Below, piece by piece: positions 60,316 through 64,000 of a stretch of DNA of 64,000 nt. The position numbers were made by a program, and so were the translations under genes. Below the pieces are notes generated by a model, which saw only the letters and a list, made by a program, of their open reading frames with translations, was not told where the DNA came from and ran no database searches. Each line of letters begins with the position of its first letter. Position 1 is the first letter of the stretch. The stretch is from Candidatus Hydrogenedentota bacterium (lineage in GTDB: Bacteria > Hydrogenedentota > Hydrogenedentia > Hydrogenedentales > SLHB01): contig CAXXTH010000010.1 in assembly GCA_963668025.2 (NCBI GenBank), positions 768,001-832,000 of the forward strand, written 5' to 3'.

Positions 60316-61088
60316 AGCCAGGCGGGACACAGGGAGTTGATACAGCCACGGGCATGATTCGGCTGCAACGTTATCTCGCTGAATGTGGAGTAGCTTCCCG
60401 GCGCCAATCTGAAACGCTCATTTCGCAAGGGCGGGTGAAGGTGAATGGCCAAGCTGCTCAACTGGGCGCGAATGTGGACCCGCAACAGGACCAAGTCACC
60501 TTGGATGGCCGTCCTGTGGGGCGGGGAGGCAAAGTATATATCCTCCTCAATAAGCCCCGCGGTGTCATTACGAGCGCGCGGGACACCCATCAGCGCAAAA
60601 CCGTCATCGACTGCTTGAACGGCCTGGATGCGCGGGTATTCCCTGTCGGCAGGCTCGATATGGATGTTGAAGGCGCGCTCTTGCTGACAAATGATGGAGA
60701 ACTCGCCTTCCGGCTGACGCATCCCAGCTACGAAATCGAAAAAGTGTATCTGGCGAAAGTCCAAGGCAAATTCCAAGGCGAGGCGGCGCGGAAGCTCCAG
60801 AAAGGCGTCAAGCTCGAGGATGGCTGGACCTCTCCCGCGGGCGTCGCCATCATCCAGCATTTGCCTGGCGCAACACTGCTCCAGCTCACCTTGCACGAAG
60901 GCCGCAAACGTGAAGTGAAACGCATGTGCGCCCATGTCGGCCATCCTGTCATCGAACTGCGCCGAATCTCGTTAGGCGGCCTTGGCGTCGAAGGCCTCAA
61001 GCCCGGCGAATGGCGCCATCTCCAGCCTCAAGAAGTCCAAGCATTGCGTGAGCGCACCGGCCTTTCGGATTCCGTAAGGCTAGAATAG
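60312..61088 (+). CDS. rluB: rRNA pseudouridine synthase (RluB/RsuA family)
   Basis: S4 domain RLQRYLAECGVASRR, GRLD catalytic motif, EGRKREVKRM; follows scpB. Confidence 0.9.
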   Translation: MKPGGTQGVDTATGMIRLQRYLAECGVASRRQSETLISQGRVKVNGQAAQLGANVDPQQDQVTLDGRPVGRGGKVYILLNKPRGVITSARDTHQRKTVIDCLNGLDARVFPVGRLDMDVEGALLLTNDGELAFRLTHPSYEIEKVYLAKVQGKFQGEAARKLQKGVKLEDGWTSPAGVAIIQHLPGATLLQLTLHEGRKREVKRMCAHVGHPVIELRRISLGGLGVEGLKPGEWRHLQPQEVQALRERTGLSDSVRLE

Positions 61089-61197
61089 CGCCGCATCACA
61101 AATGCATCCTCTTTAGGTGATACGCCGCCTGAAATGGCGTTTTTTTTGACGCCATGCCGTTGCATAATTCAATGGAGCCCATCTCTAATGCGTTGAA

Positions 61198-62887
61198 CCT
61201 AAAAAAGGCAGTAGGAACTTGCTTTGGGATTTTTCCAGCCCAATTTTGTAAAGAAATAACTGTCCTGGCCCGCTCTTTACGTTGGCGCCGACAGCAGGTT
61301 GGGGGTGGCCAGCGGCCTTCCCTCGAGTATTTTGGCGAAGATCCGGCTGAGGATCGTCCGCCATCGTTCGTTCCGGTTCAACTGCCGCGCAGTTGCTTTC
61401 ACCTCCGATAAAAAGGCGTTTACGGATTTCAGAACTTGTTCCATAGCATGTCCTTGCGCATGCACGGGGGTGATGGTGAGCGTGGTTTGGCCTCCGTGGC
61501 GGGTCTGCTGTCCCACACCATACAGCAGCAGAGGGCGGCTTGTGATCGCTTCGGCGTGGCGCTCCGGAATCGCCAAGCGCACGTACAAAGACCACCAATT
61601 GTAAATCAGGGCTATGATTCGCGCCATGATTTGGCAGCGCTTCATATCGTGGGTGGTATACCCGCCCCACCCCCACTGGTTTTTCTGTTCATCGTAGATG
61701 TTTTCCGCATCGCCCCGGTCGCGATAATGCTGGGCCAAGGCCGATAGGGGGTCTGTCAGCGAAGTGGCCAGCAGCGCGTATTCATACTGCTGCACGGCTC
61801 CCGCTTGGATCTCGATGAGCTGTAGTTGGGGGGAGGGGTCAGGCAATAGCGGCTCCGTTTCCAGAACGATACTCCCTTTGAGCTTGCGCCGCAGAACGAT
61901 TACCCGGCGTTTGCTCGTCCATCCCATAAGCTCCAGACGGTCTTCCAAACCTTCCCAGCCTTGGCCTGCTGGCGTCCAGTCCTTAGAACAAAAGGCCTGC
62001 TGGATAAGCCGTTTCACGTTGCTGGTCTGCCGCAATTTGAACAGATAGGGCACTCCGCGCGCTTCGGCTTCGCTCATGTCGCGTTCGTTGCCGAAGGCGC
62101 AGTCGCCGCGAATCATGCCCGGCCAGGCCGCGCGCGGCAAGCCATCGAGAAAATGCCACAATCCAGGCATGGTGTATTTCGCCGCCGTCTCGTTGCCCGG
62201 CCGGACTTCCACGTCCAGCACCAAGCGCGTGTTCGCCATAAAATAGGTATGCAGCACATGAGAAGGACGGCCCTGTTTCGCCGGATTGTAGCCCAGCACG
62301 GCCCCTTCTTGATGGCCGAACAGGGGCTTCACGCTTGTATCCACGTCCAAAATCCAAGGCTCATAAAGCAACGGCTCATAACAGCGGCGCAGGTGCTTCT
62401 GTAGCCAGCCCGCGCAGGCTTCCCCGTCCGCCAGTATAAATGCCCGCCGCGCCGAGGAGGCGCTCATGATCTTGCTCATACCCAGCAAGCCCGGGTTCAC
62501 CGCGTCGTAACGGACCGCGTCAATGTGCGCATAGCGGGTGTGGCCCGCCAGCACTGATAAAAATAGCGTGCCCAGCACATCCCTCTTGCGCGGCGCATTA
62601 TTGCTGGCGTACGCCAGCGGACAGTCCTCCACCCACGCTTCAAAAAGCTCCGCCGTCTTGAGGAAATCGATAAAGAACGCCAACTGGCCAAACGGCGTCG
62701 TTGCCGCCTCCCGGTCCCATTCCACATGCACCCGGCCCCCGTAGCTATCTACGAAAATCGGCACCTCCAAAGACAACCATTCCTCCTCTCCCAATGGGGA
62801 GCATCTTGCTGTTGCGATTCTGTTTCCATGTTCTTTATCTTGAACTACTTCCTGCTCGACACTCAAGATTCAACTGGCGTTTTTAGG
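61198..62887 (-). mobile_element. IS1380-like element
   Basis: Imperfect IRs CCTAAAAAAGGCAGT and CCTAAAAACGCCAGT; flanks TTGAA and GTGAA. Confidence 0.65.
61277..62866 (-). CDS. DDE transposase (IS1380-like)
   Basis: ILDVDTS, GHQEGA..GYNP, IRGDCAF, YRDRGDAENIYDEQK. Confidence 0.88.
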   Translation of the reverse strand: MSVEQEVVQDKEHGNRIATARCSPLGEEEWLSLEVPIFVDSYGGRVHVEWDREAATTPFGQLAFFIDFLKTAELFEAWVEDCPLAYASNNAPRKRDVLGTLFLSVLAGHTRYAHIDAVRYDAVNPGLLGMSKIMSASSARRAFILADGEACAGWLQKHLRRCYEPLLYEPWILDVDTSVKPLFGHQEGAVLGYNPAKQGRPSHVLHTYFMANTRLVLDVEVRPGNETAAKYTMPGLWHFLDGLPRAAWPGMIRGDCAFGNERDMSEAEARGVPYLFKLRQTSNVKRLIQQAFCSKDWTPAGQGWEGLEDRLELMGWTSKRRVIVLRRKLKGSIVLETEPLLPDPSPQLQLIEIQAGAVQQYEYALLATSLTDPLSALAQHYRDRGDAENIYDEQKNQWGWGGYTTHDMKRCQIMARIIALIYNWWSLYVRLAIPERHAEAITSRPLLLYGVGQQTRHGGQTTLTITPVHAQGHAMEQVLKSVNAFLSEVKATARQLNRNERWRTILSRIFAKILEGRPLATPNLLSAPT

Positions 62888-63556
62888 GTGAAAATGTATG
62901 ACTTGTATGCACACGGCGTAGTAGCAGCCAAACTAGACCGTTTTAACGAAACGCGCTTACGATGATTGAATCATGGAATGAAGATCGATAGCATCATAAC
63001 CAAAGTCATCGAAGGCGTCCAATTCGTCGATGGCCGACTCAAAAAATGCAGCTTAGAAAAGTTAGGAAAGTTTAGAGCGGCTTCGCTCACTGAGCAGTTT
63101 ATACAAGATTTGGTAATATCGAATCGTCGTGCTGGATAACCTCTCGCCTTATCAGTTTTCCGCTGTTGCAGAAATGATTCAAGCATCCGGTGCGGAGCTT
63201 TAGTATTAGCCACCTTACAGTTCCGACCTCAATTCCACAGAAAAGAAGTGGTCCAGGGCCCAAGAAATCTTGCGTTCTCTTTTTGTCCGGTTATATAACC
63301 AGGCCATTAATGCAACCGATATTATTTATTTTATCCCTTCGTTTTTAGCCCCCTTTTTTTGTTTTGACGGCTCAGCAATAGCCATATTGTGGCCATTGTA
63401 AATATATCATAAATTATTATTATATAAGATATTAAGTTTGCAAGGGATGCTCTGAATAATCGCTCTAGTTTCATGCCTTGACAAGCCGTCGTTTTTTTCG
63501 ATATATTGTATCGGTTGTACAACATGGCAACACTAAACGTATTTGGAGGAATAACG

Positions 63557-64000
63557 ATGGAATCCGCTAGACCCAATTGTCAAATGCCCCGCGTCGGGAT
63601 GTTGCTTACAGCTACAGATGTGTTCAATGCGTCGGCGAAAGAGCGCTCGGAACGCCTTATCCGTGAGCGGTTTGAGCTGCTGCGAGCTTCGGATAAAATT
63701 GCACTGGACAGCCTTGTCGTGGACCGGCTGTCGAGTCCGCATGCTGCCCTTGCGGCGGCAGACGCTTTTGCAGAAGCGTGTGTGGACTTGATTCTGATTG
63801 TGAATGTAGGGTTCCCGGATGGGCATGTATTTCTGACAGTGGCGACGCATCCTCATCTTGCCCGAATTCCTCTGGCAGTGGTAGCGGAACCGGAGCCTGA
63901 AAGCCGGGAGTGGGCAACCAATGCGTGGTGCGGCGCGATTATGAACAACCATGTTGCCCGCCGCATCGGAAGGCCTATTGTTACGCTACCGGGGCCGTTT
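63557..64000 (+). CDS. L-fucose/L-arabinose isomerase-family protein, 5' part (runs off window; absent from the ORF track)
   Basis: RBS GGAGG; my translation MESARP...AADAFAEACVDLILIVNVGFPDG...EPEP...NAWCGAIM. Confidence 0.6.
   Translation, partial: MESARPNCQMPRVGMLLTATDVFNASAKERSERLIRERFELLRASDKIALDSLVVDRLSSPHAALAAADAFAEACVDLILIVNVGFPDGHVFLTVATHPHLARIPLAVVAEPEPESREWATNAWCGAIMNNHVARRIGRPIVTLPGPF

Overview
A 64-kb bacterial chromosomal window, probably from an anaerobe (HydG, PEP-CTERM and many GTAG-type REP palindromes; the lineage cannot be established from sequence alone). Positions 1-10.8 kb hold the right part of a compact integrative element at tRNA-Lys(UUU), all on the minus strand. 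Its order is tyrosine integrase (split by an IS66 with an 8-bp TSD), excisionase, XRE regulator, prohead-protease/major-capsid fusion, short tape-measure-like protein, virion-morphogenesis-like protein, AlpA-like protein, CHC2 Zn finger, and a Toprim-DUF3987 primase/helicase that runs off the left edge. No portal, terminase, tail tube or lysis gene is visible. This is the best candidate for an undescribed system: a phage satellite with a minimal set of capsid, tape-measure and neck genes behind a perfect sigma70 promoter, plus two tandem iteron-like modules. The middle is mostly housekeeping and metabolic genes (nitrilase-family, DAGK-family, AKR, TM1266-hydG behind a structured leader with a terminator, hybrid kinase, FAD/Fe-S oxidoreductase, sulfatase, phytase, acyP, GH4, PHP, pyrE, ABC-F, CreD-family, PEP-CTERM), with AT-richer islands of secreted proteins. 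The right part holds a second IS66, a head-to-tail array of three ISAs1 elements separated by the same 10-bp target and each carrying a divergent small ORF, then aroF-scpB-rluB, an IS1380-like element and the start of a sugar isomerase gene. All family assignments come from motif recognition by eye; no database search was run.
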